Shown: one piece after another, positions 1 to 7,535 of the stretch | Layout: each line of letters starts with the position of its first letter | Position numbering within the stretch: position 1 is the first letter of the stretch | Source of the DNA: Microcoleaceae cyanobacterium | Lineage (GTDB): Bacteria; Cyanobacteriota; Cyanobacteriia; Cyanobacteriales; Microcoleaceae | Reading direction: 5' to 3' | DNA: 21,694 nucleotides | NCBI GenBank assembly: GCA_051652765.1 | Contig: JBOFUV010000108.1 | Coordinates: 1-21,694 of the forward strand | The notes under the pieces: model-generated | Seen by the model: the letters and a program-made list of their open reading frames with translations, nothing else | Databases searched by the model: none | Told to the model about the DNA's origin: nothing | Made by a program: the position numbers and the translations under genes

Positions 1-494
1 ATCAGACTCTTCATCATGATCTAGTACGGGTGGGCCTCGCGCTTTATGGTCTGTATCCAGCGCCGCACCTGAAATCCGCCGTTTGTCTAAAACCTGCTTT
101 GCAAGTTAAGGCTAGGATTACCCAGGTCAAATCCATTGAACCGGGCACAGGCATTAGTTACAGCCACAAGTTTATTGCTCAGAAGCCGATGGAAATTGCT
201 GTAGTTGGCATCGGTTATGCAGATGGTGTCCCCCGTAATTTATCAAACCAGATGAAAGTCTTGGTACGAGGTGAATTTGCCCCGCAGGTGGGAGCGATCA
301 CCATGGATCAACTAATGATTGATGTCAGTCATATTCCCGATCTGCACGTGGGTGAAGTGGTAACATTACTTGGTCAAGTCGGCGATCGCTCCATCCGGGC
401 TGAAGATTGGGCAGACTGTTTGGGAACGATTTCCTGGGAAATTCTGTGTGGGTTTAAACATCGCTTGCCTCGAATTGCCAGCGCAGAGGGTTAG
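1..494 (+). CDS. alr: Alanine racemase, C-terminal part (5'-truncated by window edge)
   Basis: Frame is open from base 3 (QTLHHDLVRVGLALYG). Alr motifs: ISY (catalytic Tyr), IGYADG, VGAITMDQLMIDVS, TISWEILC. Confidence 0.96.
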   Translation, partial: QTLHHDLVRVGLALYGLYPAPHLKSAVCLKPALQVKARITQVKSIEPGTGISYSHKFIAQKPMEIAVVGIGYADGVPRNLSNQMKVLVRGEFAPQVGAITMDQLMIDVSHIPDLHVGEVVTLLGQVGDRSIRAEDWADCLGTISWEILCGFKHRLPRIASAEG

Positions 495-501
495 GATCTG
501 G

Positions 502-537
502 TTTAACTAGAACTTTAACTAGAACTTTAACTAGAAC
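502..537. repeat. Tandem repeat 3 x 12 bp (TTTAACTAGAAC)
   Basis: Perfect units at 502-513, 514-525 and 526-537, just after the alr stop. Confidence 0.95.
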
Positions 538-599
538 TAGAAAGTTAAACAGACCCACAAGCGTTAACCCTGCCAAAACCAACTCCTGTTCAATCCATT

Positions 600-1154
600 G
601 TGATTCAAACCGTTATGAATGCTCAACCCAAGATTCTAGCCTTGAATGATTTAGAGTATATTTCCTACCTCAATAGCCAGGGCGAACTGCCCAAATCCCT
701 ACAGGGAAAAATTGGAACCTATGCCATTTTCAACTCTGATCAAACCCTGAAGTATATCGGATATTCCCGTGACATTTATCTCAGCCTCAAACAACATTTG
801 GTTCGTCAACCACAAAATTGTTACGGGTTAAAAGTCCAAGTCATCGACCGACTGAGCCGCACAATTTTGGCAGAAATTCAACAGGCTTGGATCACTGAAA
901 ATGGTTCGGTTCCAGAGGGGAATGGAGATGAATTTAAAGCCTGGACTGAGGCAATTGATGTGAAACCCTTGATGACGACTGAGGAAATCAGCGCCTACGA
1001 CCAAACCGATGAAATAGGTCAAGAAAAAATTCTGCGAGATGTCTCAAGACGAGTTGAGGCAACGATTTTAGACCTGTTGAAACAACGGGGGGTGAATGAG
1101 GACATTCGCTTTAATCCAAAACTGAAAACGAGTGGTTTACTAGACTTGAAATAA
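600..1154 (+). CDS. GIY-YIG nuclease family protein (cyanobacterial/plastid GrxS16-N-domain-like)
   Basis: Motif IGTYAIFNSDQTLKYIGYSRDI...LKQHL. Start may be ATG 615 rather than GTG 600. Confidence 0.82.
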   Translation: MIQTVMNAQPKILALNDLEYISYLNSQGELPKSLQGKIGTYAIFNSDQTLKYIGYSRDIYLSLKQHLVRQPQNCYGLKVQVIDRLSRTILAEIQQAWITENGSVPEGNGDEFKAWTEAIDVKPLMTTEEISAYDQTDEIGQEKILRDVSRRVEATILDLLKQRGVNEDIRFNPKLKTSGLLDLK

Positions 1155-1167
1155 CTCTTAAAAGCTC

Positions 1168-1848
1168 ATGGGACTTCAACTCAAAACGGTGATTCCTTGG
1201 GGTCGGAGCAAGGATGAGTATACTAGAATGTTTGGCCTTTCTCCTGAAGACCTTACCCGATCAATGTTGGATTGTGCGGGAGGGCCTGCTAGTTTTAATG
1301 CTGAGATGACAGAGGAAGGGTATTCAATCATCTCTTGTGATCCCGCGTATCAGTTTTCTGCAGAAGAAATTAATCAACGGATTCAAGACACTTATGAAAT
1401 CGTAATTTCAGGGGTGAGAGCAAATCTTGATCGTTATATTTGGCAAGATATTCAATCCCCAGAACACTTGGGTGAAATCAGAATCGCTGCGATGCAAAAG
1501 TTCTTACAGGACTTTCCCCAAGGATTCATCGACGGTCGTTACAGAACCGCAGAGTTACCTAAACTGCCGTTTCAGACTCATCAATTTGACCTAGCGCTTT
1601 GTGGTCATTTTTTATTTACCTATTCCGAACTGCTATCTGAACAGTTTCACCTAGAGTCAATTCTAGAATTATGTCGAGTGGCTCAGGAAGTCAGGATCTT
1701 TCCAGTTCTAACCTTATCTGGCGAATTGTCTCCGTTTTTAGCCCTGATTCTCGATCAGCTTTCTCAACGGGGCTACCAATTGAGCCTGCAAACCGTACCC
1801 TATGAATTTCAAGTCGGGGGTAACCAGATGTTACAAATTCTCCGTTAA
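1168..1848 (+). CDS. SAM-dependent methyltransferase
   Basis: MLDCAGGPASFNAE (motif I), ISCDP, LPF...FDLALCGHFLFTYS. Confidence 0.85.
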   Translation: MGLQLKTVIPWGRSKDEYTRMFGLSPEDLTRSMLDCAGGPASFNAEMTEEGYSIISCDPAYQFSAEEINQRIQDTYEIVISGVRANLDRYIWQDIQSPEHLGEIRIAAMQKFLQDFPQGFIDGRYRTAELPKLPFQTHQFDLALCGHFLFTYSELLSEQFHLESILELCRVAQEVRIFPVLTLSGELSPFLALILDQLSQRGYQLSLQTVPYEFQVGGNQMLQILR

Positions 1849-1884
1849 AATATCAGCGAAGTCATTTATCAAGGATGAGATGGT

Positions 1885-2265
1885 ATGAAATTCTATCAAG
1901 CTCTGGCTTTAACTCTCTCTGTTGCTGTCGCTACAACGACTGCTGCTGGTGCTCAGGGGTGTATGTTTAAATCCAAACTGAGTTCAACGTCTACGGGCCT
2001 AGATGCTCTCACCACTCCGGCTCGGTTCTCCACTGCCAAAATGGCCAGAATCGGAGGGTTTGGGTCTGCTGCGATCGGACTATTAGGACTGGGTGGCGTT
2101 TACCTCAGCCGTCGGGCCATCAAGGGATTGGATGAGGTCAGGGCAGAAGCTGACTTAGCAGAATTCCTTGCCAATGAACACCCTGAGGCTCCGGGCGGAG
2201 AGCTTGATGTTCCAATTGAACAGGTTTTAGACACTGTTGAAGATCGGGAATTAGTAGCAAAGTAA
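1885..2265 (+). CDS. Hypothetical exported/membrane-anchored protein
   Basis: Sec-like signal peptide (MKFYQALALTLSVAVATTTAAGA), a Gly-rich hydrophobic segment ending in SRR, and an acidic tail. AGGA upstream; terminator downstream. Confidence 0.75.
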   Translation: MKFYQALALTLSVAVATTTAAGAQGCMFKSKLSSTSTGLDALTTPARFSTAKMARIGGFGSAAIGLLGLGGVYLSRRAIKGLDEVRAEADLAEFLANEHPEAPGGELDVPIEQVLDTVEDRELVAK

Positions 2266-2332
2266 CTTTATCTGAATCTAGAACCCAGAACGTTTGAGAC
2301 CGATTCAATCCTGAATTGGGATACTAAAGAAT

Positions 2333-2366
2333 CTCGTCTTGATGAGAATTTCAAGGCGAGTTTTTT
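2333..2366 (+). terminator. Rho-independent terminator
   Basis: Stem CTCGTCTTGA / TCAAGGCGAG (10 bp, one G-U), 8-nt loop, then TTTTTT. Confidence 0.8.
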
Positions 2367-2528
2367 GTAACTTGTTCCTCTTCATCTAGATTAACGGAGT
2401 CAATAGCCATTCCCTTTGGGCTTTATTCTTTTCTGACTTACTCACCCCAGAAAAACGCAACAAATGTAAAGAATTCTAATATTCCTCGGAAGGGAGTCCT
2501 TTCCCCTGTACTAAATTTATTCAGGTGT

Positions 2529-2556
2529 TTGACAAGGCTGTATTGATCAGTATGAT
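2529..2556 (+). promoter_or_regulatory. Sigma70-type promoter for the Zn-ribbon/ProA-paralog pair
   Basis: TTGACA (2529-2534), N16, TATGAT (2551-2556), about 65 bp upstream of the GTG at 2620. Confidence 0.55.
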
Positions 2557-2619
2557 CCATTATTATGAAGCTCTCGATTTTTGACTTCCTAAAGTTGCTT
2601 AACACCTCTGCCACTACCT

Positions 2620-3024
2620 GTGCCATCCCAGAAAGCTCAAAAAATTGATTTGAATGGAGATTACCCTTGTCCCTGCCGACGGCGGGGTCGCCTGGTTCCC
2701 ATTACATTGACAGAAGCGTTTGGCTGCGATCGCTGCCAACAAATTTTTGTGGTCGATGAAACTGGCTATTCCCTGGAGCAGCTTTCAACCCATTATCCTT
2801 ACAAGCAGGTATGGCGTTGGACGGGTCATCAGTGGAGTCGGACAACGACAGGACTGCGATCTCATTACCTTTCCCTGGTCTTAGGAATGCTACTGGTTCC
2901 TCTCGTCATTTGGTTGCCCTTGGCCCTATACGCTCCAGGCCCGAATATTATTCTTTGGGCAATGGTTGCGGTCATGCTGGCAATGCTGCCTGCCTTGATG
3001 GTCTGGCTCGCATATAGGCGTTAG
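2620..3024 (+). CDS. Conserved hypothetical membrane protein with N-terminal Zn-ribbon-like Cys motifs
   Basis: YPCPC...FGCDRC Cys pairs, then two hydrophobic TM helices; 5 bp from the next gene. Confidence 0.8.
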   Translation: MPSQKAQKIDLNGDYPCPCRRRGRLVPITLTEAFGCDRCQQIFVVDETGYSLEQLSTHYPYKQVWRWTGHQWSRTTTGLRSHYLSLVLGMLLVPLVIWLPLALYAPGPNIILWAMVAVMLAMLPALMVWLAYRR

Positions 3025-3029
3025 TTGAT

Positions 3030-4295
3030 ATGTTGATCAACAGTTCCGACGCTTCACAAAACCTGACCCATGTCCTGCGTGATGTTCAAGCTGCAAGTAT
3101 CGCCTTATCCAAGATTCAGGGCAGTATTCGGAGCCGAGCTTTGCAGCGCATGGCAGCCATAATTCGGCATCGACAAAATGAGATTTTAGAGGCAAACACT
3201 CTGGATCTAGAAGCCAGTCGAGAGTTGGGGGTTTCTGAACTGGTCGGTGATTGGCTCAAGCTCACTCCCGAACGGTTGGATACGACCATTCAGATTCTGC
3301 AACGGCTAGGAGAGTTGCCTGATCCAATCGGGCGAGTGCTAGGGACATCCTATCAGCTCGAACAGGGACAGACTTACTATCAATTGGTTCCCCTGGGAGT
3401 CATAGCCTTAATCTACGAAGCATTTCCAGAACTCGGGGCGATCGCCGCAGGACTTTGTCTCAAGACCGCCAATAGTTTAATTTTGTCGGGAAGCAGCGAA
3501 GCAACTTATTCTAATCAGGTGCTTGCCTCAGCAATCCAAGAGTCCCTAGAAGATACAGGAATGCCCACTGGATGTATTACCCTGCTTTCGCCCGCTCAAG
3601 AGATTCCCTTACAAAATTTGGTGACCCAAGATCAGTATATTAATTTGATCATTCCCTATGGGCGACCTTACCTGGTGCAACAAGTCGTCAAACAGGCGAC
3701 AGTGCCTGTGTTGCGATCGGCCATGGGAAATTGCTATCTCTATTGGTCAGCGACAGCCACAGTCGATCTAGCCCGCTGGATGATCTTGGAAAGCCACGCC
3801 AGCAACCCTGACCCAGTAAACGCCATTGAAAAGGTTTTGATTGACCCTTGTCAGCGGCGGTCTTTCTTGGTTCGACTCTGGAGTGGTTTACGGGAAGAGG
3901 GGTTTTACCTCAAGGGCGATGCTGCGTTGGTCGAAGAATTTCCAGAACTGAGCCTAACTGATCCCCTGGAATGGTCAAGACCTTACCTGAATAAAACCAT
4001 TGCGTTTCGATTTGTGGAGAATTTAGAGGAGGCCATTACTTGGATGAATCAGTATAGCAGCGGTCACGCCAACTGTTTGGCCACAGAATCCTACGGTGAA
4101 AGTCGCCAGTTTGCCCTAGATGTGAACAGTGCCCTCAGTTTTATCAATTCGTCTCCGAAATTTTCTCGCCATCAAAATCGTGGAGATGCGATTTTTCTAG
4201 GGATGTCCAATCAAGCAGGCTACCGCCGAGGGTTAATTGGGCTAGAGGCGCTAACGACGTTTAAGTATATTGTTCAGGGCAATCCTAAGTTCTAA
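3030..4295 (+). CDS. proA: Glutamate-5-semialdehyde dehydrogenase (ProA) family paralog, probably lacking the catalytic Cys
   Basis: ILEANTLDLE, LPDPIG, VPLGVIALIYE, LIIPYG, GNCYLY, RGLIGLEALTTFKYI. The CNAxE motif reads VNAIE, so this is the divergent second copy rather than the canonical enzyme. Confidence 0.88.
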   Translation: MLINSSDASQNLTHVLRDVQAASIALSKIQGSIRSRALQRMAAIIRHRQNEILEANTLDLEASRELGVSELVGDWLKLTPERLDTTIQILQRLGELPDPIGRVLGTSYQLEQGQTYYQLVPLGVIALIYEAFPELGAIAAGLCLKTANSLILSGSSEATYSNQVLASAIQESLEDTGMPTGCITLLSPAQEIPLQNLVTQDQYINLIIPYGRPYLVQQVVKQATVPVLRSAMGNCYLYWSATATVDLARWMILESHASNPDPVNAIEKVLIDPCQRRSFLVRLWSGLREEGFYLKGDAALVEEFPELSLTDPLEWSRPYLNKTIAFRFVENLEEAITWMNQYSSGHANCLATESYGESRQFALDVNSALSFINSSPKFSRHQNRGDAIFLGMSNQAGYRRGLIGLEALTTFKYIVQGNPKF

Positions 4296-4319
4296 CCCAA
4301 GTTCTAACCCAAGTTCTAA
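4284..4319. repeat. Tandem repeat 3 x 12 bp (CCYAAGTTCTAA) duplicating the stop codon region of the ProA paralog
   Basis: Units at 4284-4295, 4296-4307 and 4308-4319. Confidence 0.93.
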
Positions 4320-4394
4320 GTCTGGGGATGACCAGCCGTTCTGATCGGAAAATACAAGGCCGTTTGCACTGGACGTGAATGCTTGTGTTGACGC

Positions 4395-4464
4395 ACTGAC
4401 TGAGGATTTGTTGTGGGAAACCGACATTCAGGAAAGACTACTGGTTAAACTGACTGAGGATTTG
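4395..4464. repeat. Perfect 16-bp direct repeat pair ACTGACTGAGGATTTG
   Basis: Copies at 4395-4410 and 4449-4464, separated by 38 bp. Confidence 0.9.
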
Positions 4465-4557
4465 CTACTGTAAGATCTAAGTTAGCAATTTTAGAAATTT
4501 TAAAGGCAAAAGCTGGTATCAAGACTTGATTCCTATTTCCAGCTTGCAGGAGTAAAG

Positions 4558-5085
4558 ATGAAGCATACACTTTCGGTGTTAGTCGAGGATGAGGCAGGAG
4601 TACTAACGCGCATTGCAGGTTTATTTGCCCGTCGAGGATTTAGTATTGAGAGTCTGGCTGTGGGTTCAGCAGAGCAATCTGGGGCTTCTCGAATTACGAT
4701 GGTCGTATCTGGGGATGATCGAGTCATTGAACAAATCTCCAAGCAGCTCTATAAGTTGATTAATGTTTTGAAGGTTCAGGATGTTACCGAAGTTCCTTGT
4801 GTTGAACGAGAACTGATGTTGCTCAAGGTCAACTGTAATAGCAATGTCACCCGCTCAGAAATTATTGAAATTGTCCAAATCTTTCGAGCCCGAATTGTGG
4901 ATATTGGAGAAGATAGCGTTACTGTTGAAGTCGTGGGTGATCCGGGTAAGATGGTTGCGATTATTCAAGTCTTGAGTCGGTTTGGGTTGCGGGAGATTGC
5001 CCGAACTGGGAAGATTTCCCTGATTCGAGAATCGGGAGTTAATACAGAGTTCTTAAAAACTCAAGTGGCTGAAGTCAGATTGTAA
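4558..5085 (+). CDS. ilvN: Acetolactate synthase small (regulatory) subunit
   Basis: [28 protein letters not shown] (ACT domain), [23 protein letters not shown] upstream. Confidence 0.97.
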   Translation: MKHTLSVLVEDEAGVLTRIAGLFARRGFSIESLAVGSAEQSGASRITMVVSGDDRVIEQISKQLYKLINVLKVQDVTEVPCVERELMLLKVNCNSNVTRSEIIEIVQIFRARIVDIGEDSVTVEVVGDPGKMVAIIQVLSRFGLREIARTGKISLIRESGVNTEFLKTQVAEVRL

Positions 5086-5104
5086 ACTTCTTTGGTTTGA
5101 GCCC

Positions 5105-5509
5105 ATGGTTAAAGATAAACTCAAGTTACTGATCGTAGATGATGAACAGGACAACTTGGACTTGATCTATCGAACCTTTCGTCGTCAGTTCCAAGTCTTG
5201 AGGGCAGAAAGCCCTAGTCAAGCCCTGGAATTGTTGCAGACTGAGGGAGAGGTTGCCATTGTTGTCTCTGATCAAAGTATGCCGGAAATGACAGGGATTG
5301 AATTTTTGAGCAAGGTGAAGATTTGTTTCCCAGCAACGGTTTGTATGTTGCTGACCGGCTATTCCGAAGAAGCACTAAAAGCCGATATGAAAGGGTTGGG
5401 AATTAATCATATTTTTAAGTGTATTTCTAAACCTTGGGATGCGGAGGAGTTCAAATCAGTCATTCAACAGGCTGTTGAGATTTATCAAGCTGCCAAAGAG
5501 GGGCTTTAA
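5105..5509 (+). CDS. Single-domain response regulator (receiver only)
   Basis: LLIVDDE, VSDQSMPEMTG (phospho-Asp), LLTG, KPW; no output domain. Confidence 0.92.
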   Translation: MVKDKLKLLIVDDEQDNLDLIYRTFRRQFQVLRAESPSQALELLQTEGEVAIVVSDQSMPEMTGIEFLSKVKICFPATVCMLLTGYSEEALKADMKGLGINHIFKCISKPWDAEEFKSVIQQAVEIYQAAKEGL

Positions 5510-5548
5510 GGTGATTTAATCTCTGAAAATTGCTGTCAGTGTTTGTTG

Positions 5549-6424
5549 TCACTGTTCAGCCCGGACTTTGGTAACAATCCGATCAAAATACCAATGGAGT
5601 CCAGGGGCAATGAGACTGTGAAACCGATTTAGCAGGCCCATTTCCAAGCCAGGGGTAATCGCAAATTGATGGCGTTGAATGCCTTGGAGAATTTCACGGG
5701 CGATCGCCTCCGGTTGCCAGATTTGAGCTGTTCTAGTGATTCGTTTTGTTTCTAAGGGTTTGGTGCGATTTTCGGCTTCCAGTTGAGGAGTTTGAACATC
5801 AGGAGGATAAACAATAGAAACCTCAATTCCTAGGGGTTTCAGTTCCCCTCGCAGGGATTCTGCCAAGCCCCGTAAGGCGAATTTAGTGGGGCTGTAGGGC
5901 GTGTACCCATAAAGCCCAATCAACCCTGCCCCAGAAGAAATTAACACCAGATGTCCCCGGTTTTGCTGTTGCATGAACGGCAAGGCTGCTCGAATACAGT
6001 AAAGGGAACCAAAGTAATTCACCGCCATGGTCTGCTCAAACACCTCAATGGGCAAGTCTTGAAAGTAGCCCGGTTGAGCCATGCCAGCAGAAGTGATCAG
6101 CAGATCAGGGGGGCCAAAGTGGTTCACTGCTCTGTTAATCCCATCTTCGGCCTGACATCTCTCTGCCACATCAGCCGTAACGGTTAGGATTTGGGATACG
6201 GTTCGGGGTAGGGTTGGGGATTGAAGAGAATGGGATTGAGCAGAATCAGCTTCAGGTTCAACTTCAAGTTCAGCTTCAAGTTCAGCCTTGGCGATCGCCA
6301 GTTTCTCTGGGCTGCGACCGATTAGGGTAACATTTGCTCCAGCTTGCACCAACAATCCTGCCGTTGCTTTGCCAATGCCACTGGAGCCGCCCGTGATGAT
6401 GGCATGGTATTGATGGAGACTCAC
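5549..6424 (-). CDS. SDR oxidoreductase, 3-ketodihydrosphingosine reductase (KDSR)-like
   Basis: [12 protein letters not shown], YSPTK (YxxxK), [22 protein letters not shown]. Start overlaps the cobM stop by 4 bp (ATGA). Confidence 0.88.
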   Translation of the reverse strand: [291 protein letters not shown]

Positions 6425-7233
6425 AGGGCCGATGCCCTAGAACGAAATAAATGGGCATGGTTCGGATTGTATAAGCCAGAGCGTCTGTGCTGCTGGGCTT
6501 GAACCGGAGTCAAAGCCGGACTGACTAGATATAGCGTTGTCCGTTCTAACTTTTCCCTGCGAGTTACTGCTGCCATCTCAGTGAGTGGGACAATCCAAAT
6601 CGCTTCATCAGGCCAACCCAGCCGATAACAAATAGCAACTGGAATGTCTGAGGGGTAGTGCTCTAATAAACGCGCTTGGGACTCCTCAATATGACGAGCA
6701 CTCAGGTACAAACACAGACTCGCTTGATGGGCGGCGAGACTGGACAAATCTTCCCTGGATGGGACTGCTGTTGCCTGCCCACTGACTCGGGTCAGAATAA
6801 TGGTTTGCACCAGTTCTGGAACCGTGAGTTCAATTTGCAACTTGGCGGCAGCAGCTTGGAACGCACTAATCCCTGGGACAATTTCAATTTCAATTCCAGC
6901 TTCGGTCAACAGTTGCATCTGTTCGTAAATGGCCCCGTACAAACTTGGATCACCTGAATGCAGGCGCACAACTGCTCGTCCCTGACGCACCTGTGCAATC
7001 ATCAGCGGGATAATCTCTTCCAGGGTCTTATTTGAAGTTTTAATCAGTTCAGCATCAGGGCGAGTTTCCTGCAGAATTTGTTGCGGCACTAAAGAATCTG
7101 CAAATAGGATCACGTCTGCCCGAGCGATCAATTTCTGTGCTTTTACCGTCAATAGCTCCGGGTCTCCCGGCCCTGCCCCAACAATATAGACTGCGGGTCG
7201 AAGTAAAACGGTCTCAGAAGTTTTCATCAGCAA
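6421..7233 (-). CDS. cobM: Precorrin-4 C11-methyltransferase
   Basis: VYIVGAGPGDPELLTVKA, VRLHSGDPSLYGAIYEQM, VPGISAF, ELTVPELVQTIILTR, LGWPDE. Start may be ATG 7227. Confidence 0.96.
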   Translation of the reverse strand: MLMKTSETVLLRPAVYIVGAGPGDPELLTVKAQKLIARADVILFADSLVPQQILQETRPDAELIKTSNKTLEEIIPLMIAQVRQGRAVVRLHSGDPSLYGAIYEQMQLLTEAGIEIEIVPGISAFQAAAAKLQIELTVPELVQTIILTRVSGQATAVPSREDLSSLAAHQASLCLYLSARHIEESQARLLEHYPSDIPVAICYRLGWPDEAIWIVPLTEMAAVTRREKLERTTLYLVSPALTPVQAQQHRRSGLYNPNHAHLFRSRASAL

Positions 7234-7264
7234 TCGTCAAAAACACAACTTTTTTTCCAGAAAT

Positions 7265-7270
7265 TCCGGA
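7265..7270 (+). promoter_or_regulatory. DIF1-type promoter motif TCCGGA at about -35 of the NsiR1-like RNA
   Basis: TCCGGA begins 35 nt upstream of TGGTAGATGCACCCTG, the arrangement described for nsiR1 promoters. Confidence 0.7.
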
Positions 7271-7299
7271 TAGTATCAGGTTTCTCTCGATAAAGAGAA

Positions 7300-7348
7300 T
7301 GGTAGATGCACCCTGGTTGATGCCCTGGAAAAATTTCCAGGGCTTTTT
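7300..7348 (+). ncRNA. nsiR1: NsiR1-like small RNA (single copy, about 50 nt)
   Basis: 5' TGGTAGATGCACCCTG matches the NsiR1 core as recalled. Followed by a + strand terminator that no + strand CDS explains; TCCGGA at -35. Confidence 0.75.
7322..7348 (+). terminator. Rho-independent terminator of the sRNA
   Basis: GCCCTGGAAA-AA-TTTCCAGGGC perfect inverted repeat followed by TTTTT. Confidence 0.85.
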
Positions 7349-7360
7349 ATTACCTTAAAT

Positions 7361-7402
7361 TTACTACTCTAAACTTACTACTCTAAACTTACTACTCTAA
7401 AC
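7361..7402. repeat. Tandem repeat 3 x 14 bp (TTACTACTCTAAAC)
   Basis: Perfect units at 7361-7374, 7375-7388 and 7389-7402. Confidence 0.95.
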
Positions 7403-7535
7403 CCATCTGTAACGAGTCTTAAATCAAGGAGGATGACGGTAGAGATGCCTAAAATAGCCACTTCCAGAACCAGATTTATATAATTTGTTGATTCAAATTT
7501 TGTGCCCTGGTTAGACTGAGGGTTAATGGGCAAGC

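Noticed and set aside
600..1848. Restriction-modification or defence pair (GIY-YIG plus methyltransferase)
   Set aside because: The methyltransferase lacks recognisable DNA-MTase catalytic motifs (N/D-PP-Y or PC), and the context is housekeeping.
2540..2553. NtcA site GTA-N8-TAT overlapping the -10 box
   Set aside because: It mismatches GTA-N8-TAC and is explained by the -10 element itself.
2438..2626. 62-aa minus-strand ORF
   Set aside because: No recognisable motif; overlaps the promoter and start of the + strand gene.
4395..4464. CRISPR mini-array (repeat, 38-bp spacer, repeat)
   Set aside because: The repeat is only 16 bp, non-palindromic and present twice; no cas genes in the window.
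7137..7358. 73-aa + strand ORF
   Set aside because: Antisense to the cobM 5' end and runs through the sRNA and its terminator.
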